The notes below the pieces were generated by a model that saw nothing but the letters and a program-made list of their open reading frames with translations, searched no databases and was not told where the DNA came from. A program made the translations under genes and the position numbers. Of a stretch of 64,000 nt of DNA, positions 1 through 10,007 are shown in pieces. The DNA comes from Thecamonas trahens ATCC 50062 (lineage: Eukaryota > Protista > Apusomonadida). The stretch lies in the NCBI RefSeq assembly GCF_000142905.1, contig NW_013657624.1:174996-238995 (forward strand), in the 5' to 3' direction. Numbering within the stretch: the stretch's first letter is position 1; the number at the start of each line of letters is the position of its first letter.

Positions 1-582
1 GAGATGGCGTAGCGAGGCGAGGAGGGCTTCGTGGAAGTAGCCATTGTACACGCACTCGCAGACGACAATGTGGGCCGGGACCGGCTTGCCGTCGGCGGCC
101 TCGCTCGATGTGTGCGACCACTCTTCGGGCGCGCGCCAATCTAGCGGAGCGACGGTACAGACGTCGGCGACGCCGTTTGCGGCCACGTTGGCGTCGAGGA
201 CGGCCATGACCTTTGGCGCATCGATGTCGGTGAGGTAGACCTGGTCGAGGACTCTGTCCGACTCGGCCACGTCTCCACCTGCGAGGTACTTTGCCATAAA
301 GAGGCCAACAAAGCCCGTGCCTGCGCCGAGCTCGACAACGGTGCCTTTGGCGAGCTCGAGGCAAGCTCCACCAGGCTTGCCCAGGCCATGACGCAGCATG
401 TACCGGCACTGGACGAGGACGGCCTGCCACACCACCGTCGCCACGCCGCCCGAGTCGTCCTCGTGGATGACCAGCTCGTGCGAGTCATCAATGGCGTACG
501 TCACCGTCCGCTCAGGTGCCACTTCATGCGTGAGCGAGAGCGTGTGTGATTGAAGGTCCTTGAGGAGTGCCCGGGGGTCCAT
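1..582 (-). CDS. Protein-lysine methyltransferase, Methyltransf_16/METTL21 family (3' end outside window)
   Basis: Manual translation from ATG 582: MDPRALLKDL...GGVATVVWQAVLV...GTVVELGAGTGFVGL...VYLTDID...PLDW...IVVCECVYN. This contains SAM motif I, post-I and a DxxY-like motif. The frame stays open to position 1, so it is absent from the ORF track. Confidence 0.88.
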   Translation of the reverse strand, partial: MDPRALLKDLQSHTLSLTHEVAPERTVTYAIDDSHELVIHEDDSGGVATVVWQAVLVQCRYMLRHGLGKPGGACLELAKGTVVELGAGTGFVGLFMAKYLAGGDVAESDRVLDQVYLTDIDAPKVMAVLDANVAANGVADVCTVAPLDWRAPEEWSHTSSEAADGKPVPAHIVVCECVYNGYFHEALLASLRHL

Positions 583-1183
583 GCTGGAGAGCGTGCGAGT
601 GTGTGAAGTGCTGCCGCCTGCCCGTCCCGTGCCGAAACAGACAAACGGTCGGCGGGCGGCTCAACGATGGTGAGCAACGGCGAAGGATTGACGCTGGAGG
701 CAGGAGGAGCCTGCAACAGCAGGTGGGCGATGGTGAACGATGGTGGGTGATTGGTGATTGGAGCTAGTGGCCGGCCAGGTTGACAGACGCAACTCGGCGG
801 GCATTCGCTGGGTGGTGTCGAGATACCCCGCAGCGTCATGTGCATGCATGGCGGTGGCAGGGGGGTGGCTTCGGCGCTGTCGAGCAGATACCGTTGACTG
901 CCGTTGACCTCGTCCGCATAGCCACGTAGCCAATTTACGTACCAGAAAGCGGTCGAGGAGCAACAGCTAGACAGGAGCAGATGGCGGTGTACACCCCCCC
1001 CCCCAACCCACATCCCTGGAGTGTGTCAGGTGCGTGTGAGTCGTTTGGAGGCACAAGCGACATGAGCATGGTCGGTTGACAGGTAGCATTATCCCGCTTG
1101 TCACGCAAACGGTTCTCCGCTCGGACGAAAACCGCGACCCACCGAGGACCACAGCGGACCTGCCAGCCACTTCTCTCCCAGCC

Positions 1184-3480
1184 ATGGTGCGCGCATTGTT
1201 CCCACCGAGGTTGTTTGCCCTTCTCCAGGGCGGAGAGCACGATGATATCGTCCATTGGACAGATGACGGCAAGTCGTACGTTGTATTCGGACAGGCCTCA
1301 TGAGAATCCGTCCATGTCGTCGTATGGCCGAACAAGGGGTGGCCCAATTTTTTGGCCACGCGGCCACCCCCCTTGCTCCCCCCCCACAGACACAGAGCCA
1401 ATATCATCCTGTCAATGCACATGCCAGCGTTGCTACTGGTGTCCCCATACCATGCCCTCCCCCATAGCCATGGCGCCCTCGGCATGCGCACTCTTGGCTC
1501 CGCAGTCAATAACCGAAGCGGTCAGATTGGGGCACGCTGACCCTTCGCGAAGGTTTGCCTCGCACTCGGCCCGCAGCGTCACTGTTCGGTCTCTCGGTCG
1601 CAAACCCACCACCCTCTGCCGGCTACGGTCAGACCAAGCGATACTAGGCATAGTCATGAAGCACCATGTGTCTTTGTTTGGTGCGCATTTGGCACTGTGG
1701 CCTCTGTTGGCGCCACTCCACCGCCCTTGGGGAAGGCATAGTCACACGAAGCGTCAAAGTTCCGCACGTGTGATCGACTTGCTGCGGGCATTAATTGGAG
1801 GTAATTGCCCGCACGTGTGATTATTTTTTTGGCCCTCCTCCTCCTCCCCCCCTCTCCCCTCTCCCCACTCACCCATCAACCGTCCTCGTCCGATGCAGCT
1901 TTGTTATCGAGAAGCTAACCGAGTTTTGTGAGGTTGTCCTCCCGTCGGTCTTTCGGCACAACAACTTCTCGTCCTTCCTCCGTCAGCTCTCGTTCTACTC
2001 ATTCCGGCGCGAGGCGAACAACACATACTCGCATCCGCACTTTTTCCGCGATGGCGCAGCCGAGCTGGCCAATGTCAAGCGCAAGGCCTTTGACAAGAAG
2101 AGCAGCAAGAAGCGAAACAAGGCCCGCGACGAGCAGGCTAAAGAGATCGAGATGATGCAAGCCAAGCAGCAGGAGCTCGAGGCCGAGATCGCCAACCTCA
2201 AGAAACAGCTGGCCCATTCCCAGGTGAGCACGAGCACAACGGCCAGGGCGACCAACTCGGACACCGTCACTGCGCTTCACGACTCGAACAAGGTCATGTG
2301 GAGCGAGATCCGCAAGCTGCAGAAGGAATCGGCGCTGATGCGGTCGGTGGCGGTCGTCACCGCCACCTTTCTTGCTGCTGTGTTCAAGGGCCAGAACCCG
2401 CTCCGTGCCGCAGTCACCGCCGGTGAAGTCGCCATGGGGAGAAACTCGAGTGCGTTGCTCTCGCCGCGGACTGGTGCTGCCCTCGCCAGCAATTCGATGG
2501 TGTCACTCCCACTGACTTCAGCCATCTCCTCGCTCGTCGACTCGATCCTCCCGTCCGAGTCGAGTAAGAACTCGTCAGACCGCATGGCGACGGCAAAGGG
2601 CTCGTCCATCGACGAGCTCGATGACTCGCCGCAGCTGGAGAACGAGATGTCAGTGCCTAAGGCCGGCACGGGCTCATCCGAGTCGTCTTCACCCGGCGGG
2701 CCGTCGCCCACCGGCAAGCACGACGCCGACAACGAATTGGACCTCGTAGTCGACGTCGGGATGCCTAGCCCATCCCGTGACGCGAAGACTCCGATCTCGT
2801 TGCCGTCTGCCATGGCGCCACCGCCGTCAACCTCGGATTCGTTGCTCTCTGATGACGTGGCCGAGCTGCTGACCTCGGACGTTATGAACATGGTGGTTGC
2901 TGATCCTGCTGCGCTCGCCACCCTCTCGCCGTTTATCCAGACGCCGGCGCTGTTTGGCGATTCCAACCTTTCCGGTCTCTCGCCGATTGAGCTCGGCGAC
3001 CCGCTCGCTGGTGCCGCGCCGGGCGCGATGCTGCCGGCCGACGGCAACGCACCGCTATCGCTTCCATCGCCGTCGGTGCTGGGCACCATGTCCAACAGCG
3101 TGCCTTTCATGTCGCCGCCCTCGACCGGAGGTGTCTCACACGTGCGGCCGCCGGCCGATAACGAGCCGCCGGCCAAGCGAGCCAAGGCGCTCAACGCCGA
3201 AGCTGTCACCCGCGACAAGCACTCCTCCTCGCAGTGGAGCCAGCTCCAACAGGAGGCTATTGTGCGGCTGACCAACCACCTCCTCACCAAGATCGCCGAC
3301 GAGATCGAGAACCGCGGCGGGGTCCGCGGCGTCGTTGGCCCGGGCGACGCCGGCGTCATTACTCCGGACATGCTCCGCTCCATCCCAAACTCGCAAGAGT
3401 TCTCGAGCTGCATGACCGACCGGCCGCTCGCCTTCCTCCTGTCCATTATCACATGGCTCGGCACTTTTCTCAAGCAGTAA
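1184..3480 (+). CDS. HSF: Heat shock transcription factor; join(1184..1275,1899..3480)
   Basis: Spliced HSF DNA-binding domain FPPRLFALL...IVHWTDDGKS|FVIEKLTEFCEVVLPSVFRHNNFSSFLRQLSFYSFRR, followed by a coiled coil. Intron GTACGT(1276)...CACTCAC...TGCAG(1898) joins in phase. Confidence 0.93.
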
Positions 3481-3562
3481 GCTCGCTTGGCGCGAGGTCT
3501 ACGCTCCGCAACAGGCTACAAGGAGGTGGCCACTCTATATTTGTAAACACCCGCTCCAATGA

Positions 3563-4770
3563 TCACTTTCGAGGCGAGAGCGAGGTCTTGCACGCGTTCA
3601 GCACGCGTTGCCGCTCCTCGTATCGCGCCTGCAGCGCCGCAAGCATGGCGCCCGATCGTGGCGGCTCGGACTGTGCCGGTAGAGGAGCCGTCGTCGCCAG
3701 CGCCGGCGCCGGCGATGGCGCCGGCGCCCTCCGTGGGCTCGCCTCGCCCTCGATGGCGCGCACTTCTTCCAACCGCGCCACTCGACCCTCGACCATGGAC
3801 ACGCGGGCAAGCACGTTGTCCAGTGCCGAGTCGACCCGCTGCTCCAGCTGGCCGAACCGGTCGGAAAGGCTATCAACGTGCCCTACAAGCGTCGCCAGCA
3901 GCCGCTGGACCGAGTACCGGTCGGTGCCCGCATCGGCAGCGTCCGGATCGGCGGTGCCCGCTTCGGGCGGCGGGGATGGTGGGACTTCTTGGAGCCGCGG
4001 CGGGGTGACGGGAGTGGGTGGCGGCGCCTGCCGCGGGGCCACGGGCTCGTCGCCCGCCACCTGTAGCTCGACGCTGGCGAACGCTGCCCGTGCTGCGACC
4101 TCGGACCCATGGCCTGTAGTCGCCTCATGGCGCGTGGCGTGAGCAACGACCTCGGCAGCCGGCAGCGGAGGATAAGCAATGGCATCCGGATGCGGATCAG
4201 CAGATCGAGCCAGCTCCGGAGCAGCGACGATGCGCCGACGACGCGGCTGGCGGAGCTTTGTCAACGGTAGCTCGCCGGCGTCTCTTGCAAGATCAGCGTC
4301 CATCTGGACAATGGCATCAAGGATGGCGCGAAGGAAGAGCAGCTTGTGCTCTACAAAGCCCGGCGCAAAAAACTGTGCCGCAGAGAGCCGAGGCCGAATG
4401 CCCAAGAGACTCCGTCCGAGCTTGAAGAGTGCGTCCAAAAAGGCGCCAAGGCGCCGTCGGTCAATCCGCCCAACACAAATCCATCGTTGGCCAGCTTTCG
4501 CGTCACACGTGGTGACCATCTGGTGAGCACGTGTCCCAAGATAGGCAGCACCACCGCAGGCGAGCCACTCGCCAGCCCTCCGCCATCATCACCGCCACCG
4601 CTACCGCCACCGCCACCGCCACCGCCGCCGCCGCCGCTGCTGCCACTGCCACTGCCACCGCCGCCGGTGGAGGAGAGAGGGATGGGGATGCCCAGTCGGT
4701 GCAGCTGCCGGTGGATGACCCTCACGTGGTTCTCCACGTCACCAGTCGCTTCAAGCTCATGGGTCGTCAT
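3563..4770 (-). CDS. CEP44: Centrosomal protein CEP44-like, frame broken by an 8-nt duplication at 4440-4455
   Basis: ATGDVENHVRVIHRQL...GSPAVVLPILGHVLTRWSPRV...LTDGA joins FLDALFKLGRSLLGIRPRLSAAQFFAPGFVEHKLLFL, matching the CEP44 N-terminal domain. Poly-Gly insert and C-terminal coiled coil. Confidence 0.82.
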
Positions 4771-5630
4771 GGTCGTGAGAGGTGGTCCGAGACGTGGTCG
4801 TGGTCGCGGTCGTGGTGCTGGCGGGTGGGCCAATCGGGCAGGCTGTCAGCCGACGAACCGACGAGCCGAAGAACCGACAGACCGATCGACTGGCCGACCG
4901 ATCGGCCAACCGACGCACCGACCGATCGATTGACAGGTAGATAACTCGCTGGAGGAATTGGCAGAGGGACTGGAAGATGGAGGGGCGGAGAGGTTGAGAA
5001 GTGGGTTGAGCGGCGGGAGACGGGGAGCTATCGAGTTGGCGTCGGCTCATCGGGCGGCCGGCAAGGTATAGTGCACCACTTGCTGATGGACAACGTGATG
5101 CGCCCACGATTGGGTAGATCTATGATCTGGATGGGTGTGTGCACTACTTGGATGCGATCTGAGTGCCGACCACCGCCCAATCATCAGTGCAGACAAGTCC
5201 CAGCTGGTCATGCCTGCAATCATGAACGCGATCACTGATCAAAAATACGACGCAACCGGCCAAGCCATCGCGCTGTCTTCCTCCCTCCCTCTCTCCGCGA
5301 CACGCCACCTACATCGCCCTCCTTCCTCATCTACTACGTCCTCCTTCTCTGCCCTCAACACTCCAGATATCCTCTCCTACTCTAGCTGCATGCGTACGAG
5401 GACTTCAGGGTACCTTCAAAAACCCCCCCCAACCGTTGGCGCCAAAAAAAATGGCGCGGAAAGTGGTGTGAACAAGCGACAGACGACGGATTCAAAGGGT
5501 TTTGATTTTGGCGCCGGAGTTTGGCTAAGACGGGGGGGGAGGGGGGGATGGGTGTAGGTACGGGCATTACGAGCATTGGGGCACACGACTCTCTCACTCA
5601 CCACATCAAGGAGGAGCACTGTCGTGTGGT

Positions 5631-7464
5631 ATGTCCCTCACGATGCTTGGTATCGGACGGACTGTGGCGTACCACTCGCCTGACCCGCTCTCCACCTCAT
5701 CCTCTCCTTCCGTGTCGTACAAGGCGTTGTCGGTCAGCCAGCCGGACTCGCACCCAAAGCCGGAGGCGGAGCTGGGCCGGAGCCAGAGCTGGAGCTGGAG
5801 CTGGGGCAGGCACAGGCACAAACACAGGCACAGGCACAAGCACAGGAGCTGGGGCTGGGGCTGGGGCTGGCTTGGGATCGATGGGAGCAACGGGCGGACG
5901 GACCGAGTACTCTGCGCGGGCACGGTGGAACGCACTGGTGGACGGAGATGACATGGATCGGTTCATGGTGGTGACGGAGAATGATGCGCCGATGAGTTTG
6001 GAGGCAGAGACACGACCGCTCGTCACTCGCTCGCAGCTGGCAGCTCATTCAAAAGCTGTCCAGGCAGAGTCGGATGCAAAGGCAAGGTCGGCGAACAAGT
6101 CTGCTGCGGGGGCTGGAGGTGGTGTGGCGGTCGATGGTCGTACGCCGGCGTCAAGCTCAAGAGCAGAAGCGGGAAAGAGTGCAGAGGTGACAGCTGTCTC
6201 GCCGTTGGTGGCAGCTGTGGTTGAAGCAAAGGCGGGGCAGGTCGATGGCCACGACGCCGATGTGGCAGGCAAGCATCTGGTGGACGAGGTGCCGGAGGAG
6301 ATGCGGATTCTGTTCACGCCGCCCGGACAGGGCGGGGCAGAGCCGTTTATTGTCGCCAGGTTGGCGTGGTATGCGCAGGCCAGGATGCTCGAGGTGACGC
6401 CAGGCTTTGGCGTGGCGCGCGAGGTGCTTGTGGGCAACGAGCGGTACGTGGTCGAGGTGACCAACGCTTCGGCCAGCGCGATGGGCGCGGACGAAGTGAT
6501 CGAGCAGTACAAGGCGGCACAGGCCGAGGCGGCGGATGATGAGACGCGGCACAACGCGGCGGTGGGCCGGTTCTTCGAGCCGTCGCCACCGGCGTCGCAC
6601 GTGTTGTACGTGGTGACGGGCGAGATTGTGTCGGGCGCCGAGTTTACCGGCGAGGCGCTGTACGTGCAGTACGCGTTCGAGGTCGACGACTCGTGCTGGA
6701 GCGCCCGCCCGCTGCAGGCCGGGTCGGGCCGGGGCGGCAAGCCCGTGCTGGAGGGAGTGACCCAGCTGGCGCAGGTTCGGCGGGTGAGTGCGGCCGCTGC
6801 CGGGCTGCCTGACGGGCGGTCGACGCAGGCAACCATTCCTACAGCCATGTTTGGCCTCCCGCTCGAGGCGCAGTTTGAGTGGCGCCCACCGGCGGCGCGG
6901 CTCGGGCCCGACGGCGAGCCGCTCTCGCCGGACGACCACACCGAGGTGCCGGCCATGCCGCGGCTGCTGCTCAAGGTCGCGTCCTACGACTGGTGGGAGC
7001 GTAACCGGCTCGAGGGCTACGCACACGTCGACCTCCCTGCGCGGCCGGGACACTACATGCTCGAGGTTCCGACGTGGAAGCCTGCACTGTCGGTCCGGCA
7101 GCAGCTGCAGTCGTACTTTATCGGCGGCTCGCCCGAGCTCGCCGAGTTTGGCCACGCCGCAGTCCCGTCGAGCCATGAGGCTGGGACCCCGCTCAACAAG
7201 CTCGGATTCGAGACCGAGTCTTCCGGCTCGCTCAAGATCCGTCTCAACGTGGTGCGCCGGTCGGCGTCTGTGCCAGGCTACACCGAGTGGGCTGCTCCCA
7301 ACTACGGCCGCGAGGCCCAGAAGCCCGGCGCCGCCATCTCGCCGCTTGCCCGCATCGGGGCCTTCTCCAGCCGGCCTGCCTCATCGCACTACGCCTCGCT
7401 CCTCAACTCCAAGACGTGGAAGGAGATGAAGCGGGAGCGCGAGGCCGCCAAGAAGATTCTCTAG
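5631..7464 (+). CDS. MKS1: MKS1-like ciliary transition-zone B9/C2 protein (N-terminus needs two -1 frame corrections, about 5695 and 5775)
   Basis: B9 domain GEIVSGAEF...LEGVTQ...PRLLLKVASYDWWERNRLEGY...LPARPG...TWKP...FIGGSPEL...LNKLGFETESSG. N-terminal AYHSPDPL resembles YRSRDPV of MKS1. Confidence 0.88.
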
Positions 7465-7609
7465 TAGTGAACGCTGTTCCCTTCCTCAATGCGCCCTCTG
7501 CGCGCCGTCTGTGTTTGCGCTCCTACTTTGAGCCGTGCGCCGAGTGACGCTTCCGCGGGATGAGCTTTGGTGTGTGCGCCCACCTGACTCCCGCACGAGT
7601 ACAGGCAGC

Positions 7610-9238
7610 ATGATTTGGCGAGGAGGGCGTGTCCATGTATTCGACCACAGCGCCTACGGTCTCGCCACTCTCCTTCTCCTTCTCCTTGTACTCCTCGCCA
7701 CTGCCAGCTCTGCCCAGTGGTCGCCCTCGCCCTCGACAAACACACCGCTTGCTCCGTCGTCGGTGGCTCTGGAACAGGTTGGCCCGGTGACTGTCCCGGC
7801 GTTAGGGGGTTCGTTCTGGACTACTTTTTTTGAACTCGATGACGCTCTCGCCCGTTACGTCCTTAGAGTCCAGCGGGTCGACAAGGACGGCATGCGGATG
7901 AACGGGAAGACGGGAACGCTGCTCGCGGCAGAGGACCAAGGCCCGGCGCTCTGGGGCTACGACACCAAGTCTGAGGCGGGCGGCGCCGTTGTCGTCGCTT
8001 TTAACGATCGTCGCCATCGCGGTGACCAGGATGATGCTGTGCGGCCTAGCAACGGTGTTGATGATGCTGGCGATGACAGCTCGGCTCGTGTTGAGGCGCA
8101 CAAGTACGAGAACGTGGTGCTGACCCGGCTGGAGGCCAACGGAACGACGCCGTGGGGCCGATACGGCCTGTTGCTGTCGGACAACGACGACTTTGAGCCG
8201 CAGCCGAGGGTGGTGCAGCGGGCTGACGGCGCCGATGAGTGGATGGTGGTCTGGCCGCACTTTCAGCGTAACGGGCACGAGCATACCTGTATCCGCGCGC
8301 AGCGGATTTCCGCCGGCGGTGCCATGGGCTGGCCCTTTGGCGGCGTGTGCGTGTACGCCAACTCGCCCGAGGAGCCCGGCATGCTCTCGGTCGTCGCCGG
8401 CATGGCTAACGACGGGCAGCCGATGTTTGTGGTGGCGTGGATGAAGGATACCCGTCGGCACAAGGACCACTGGCTCCAGATGGCGGCCTACGACTGGAAG
8501 AGCGGCAAGCCGCTCTGGGGCGACGCGCCCATCACCATCTACTCGGCGAGTCAAATGGCGTCAGGCGTGTACCCGCAGCTCCGTATCGGGCCGGCGTCCG
8601 AGGTGGTCCTCGCATGGTTTGTCACTACTCCGCACAACACCTTTGAGGCGTTCTGGCAGATGGTCGACGCGTCGGGCAAGGTGCTCTTCACTCCCGGCGG
8701 CGTGCCTGTCGCCGACTCTTCGGCGCTGTCGTACTTGGTGCCGATCCCGGCCTACGATTCCGAGCGCGGCGTGGTGTACGTGGTGTACATGGCGGCAACG
8801 CATGCACAGGACGAGCGCGGCATCTATGTCTCGGCCTTTAACGTCACGGACGGCGGCAAGCCACTGTCGTCGGGCCCGTGGTCGCCGGCTGGCTGGCCCA
8901 TCGTCCCGCTCGCGCCCACCACCCAGGTCAACGCCGACCAGCCGCTGCTGACCACCTATCCATCGGGCTCGACGCTCCTCCTCGGATACTCGACCGGCCA
9001 CCCGTACAACACGCTCCGCTTGCTGCGGATCGGCGACGCTCATAGCGACGCGACCATCGTGTGGAACGCCACGGTCTCGGACGCTTCCTCGTCAAAGTAC
9101 GCTGTGACCATCGCGACGCCACTCGGTGAGATCGGCGAGGTCCCCATCGTGATGACGTGGGACGACAACCGCGGAGCGCAGTGGGATGTGTTTGGTCAGG
9201 GCGTGACCGCAGACGGCCAGCTCGGCCCGCCGCAGTAG
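7610..9238 (+). CDS. Secreted protein with bacterial-type repeats (probable beta-propeller)
   Basis: Intronless ORF with a hydrophobic signal (LLLLLLVLLATASSA/QW). Repeated units: VQRVDKDG, LTRLEANGTTPWG, AQRISAGGAMGW, WQMVDASGKVLF, WDDNRG..DVFGQGVTADG. Confidence 0.75.
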   Translation: MIWRGGRVHVFDHSAYGLATLLLLLLVLLATASSAQWSPSPSTNTPLAPSSVALEQVGPVTVPALGGSFWTTFFELDDALARYVLRVQRVDKDGMRMNGKTGTLLAAEDQGPALWGYDTKSEAGGAVVVAFNDRRHRGDQDDAVRPSNGVDDAGDDSSARVEAHKYENVVLTRLEANGTTPWGRYGLLLSDNDDFEPQPRVVQRADGADEWMVVWPHFQRNGHEHTCIRAQRISAGGAMGWPFGGVCVYANSPEEPGMLSVVAGMANDGQPMFVVAWMKDTRRHKDHWLQMAAYDWKSGKPLWGDAPITIYSASQMASGVYPQLRIGPASEVVLAWFVTTPHNTFEAFWQMVDASGKVLFTPGGVPVADSSALSYLVPIPAYDSERGVVYVVYMAATHAQDERGIYVSAFNVTDGGKPLSSGPWSPAGWPIVPLAPTTQVNADQPLLTTYPSGSTLLLGYSTGHPYNTLRLLRIGDAHSDATIVWNATVSDASSSKYAVTIATPLGEIGEVPIVMTWDDNRGAQWDVFGQGVTADGQLGPPQ

Positions 9239-9273
9239 CCGATAAATCGTGCAGTTTTCAGTCGAGAGTTGTT

Positions 9274-9337
9274 GGTCGGTGGTCGAGGCGCAGGTGATTG
9301 GGGGATGACGGCGGTCGGTGGTCGAGGCGCAGGTGAT
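9274..9337. repeat. 25-nt direct repeat x2 (GGTCGGTGGTCGAGGCGCAGGTGAT), 39-nt period
   Basis: Identical copies at 9274-9298 and 9313-9337. Confidence 0.9.
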
Positions 9338-9465
9338 CGGCTTGTCGGGCTACCGTCGCGAGGCCGAATCGCCGCTCACATCGACTCGCCGAGTCTCCAG
9401 GGATTGGAGGCGGCGGGCAACGGCTACCCACACCGCACCATACCACCGACCGGGACGCGTTGAGC

Positions 9466-10000
9466 ATGTCTGCCAGAGGCGCACTGTGTGAGTCTGCCAG
9501 CCCGGCGAGCCCCAGTTCGTGCGGCAGCAGTAGCGGCGACGACAACAGCGGCAGCGCTCGCTGTGGCTCGGGCTCGGACTCACTCGCAGCGGCAGCGCTC
9601 GTCGACTGTCTTCGCTTTGAGGTATTTGGCAAAGTGCAGGGCGTTTTTTCCGAAAGTGGACGAAAAAGACAGCCGATGCGCTGGGCCTTGTCGGCTGGTG
9701 TAGGAACAGGACGACGCGGAGGACGGTGGTTGGTGAGGTTCAAGGAGATGCCGAGGCTGTGGAGAAGATGTACGTGTCAGAATTAGCTCGATACGCCCCC
9801 ATGTTACTTGCCATCTACCTGCACCAGACTGCTTGTGGTGTCCATCGCACTCACCTGCTTTCCCGACTTGATTGTCTTGCAGGGCTCGCTGGCTGGCGAC
9901 CAAGGGCTCGCCCAAGTCGCGGATCGAGTCGTGCACGCAGAAGCGGTACCGCAAGCGCGGGGCAGCTGACTTTGGCGAGTTTACCATTGTGCGCAAGTGA
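9466..10000 (+). CDS. ACYP: Acylphosphatase; join(9466..9769,9883..10000), one T missing at 9644-9649
   Basis: FEVFGKVQGVF[F]RKWTKKTADALGLVGWCRN...VVGEVQG...M|ARWLATKGSPKSRI...FGEFTIVRK*. Intron GTACGT...CACTCAC...TTGCAG. Confidence 0.9.
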
Positions 10001-10007
10001 GTGACAG

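Noticed and set aside
4840-4935. CCGA/GACCGATCG-rich repeats upstream of CEP44
   Set aside because: A degenerate tetranucleotide microsatellite with no terminal repeats or other structure.
5521-5634. Alternative MKS1 start at 5548 with a GTATGT donor at 5629
   Set aside because: This would splice out the YHSPDPL motif that resembles the MKS1 N-terminus. The frame-corrected model from 5631 fits better, though the alternative is not excluded.
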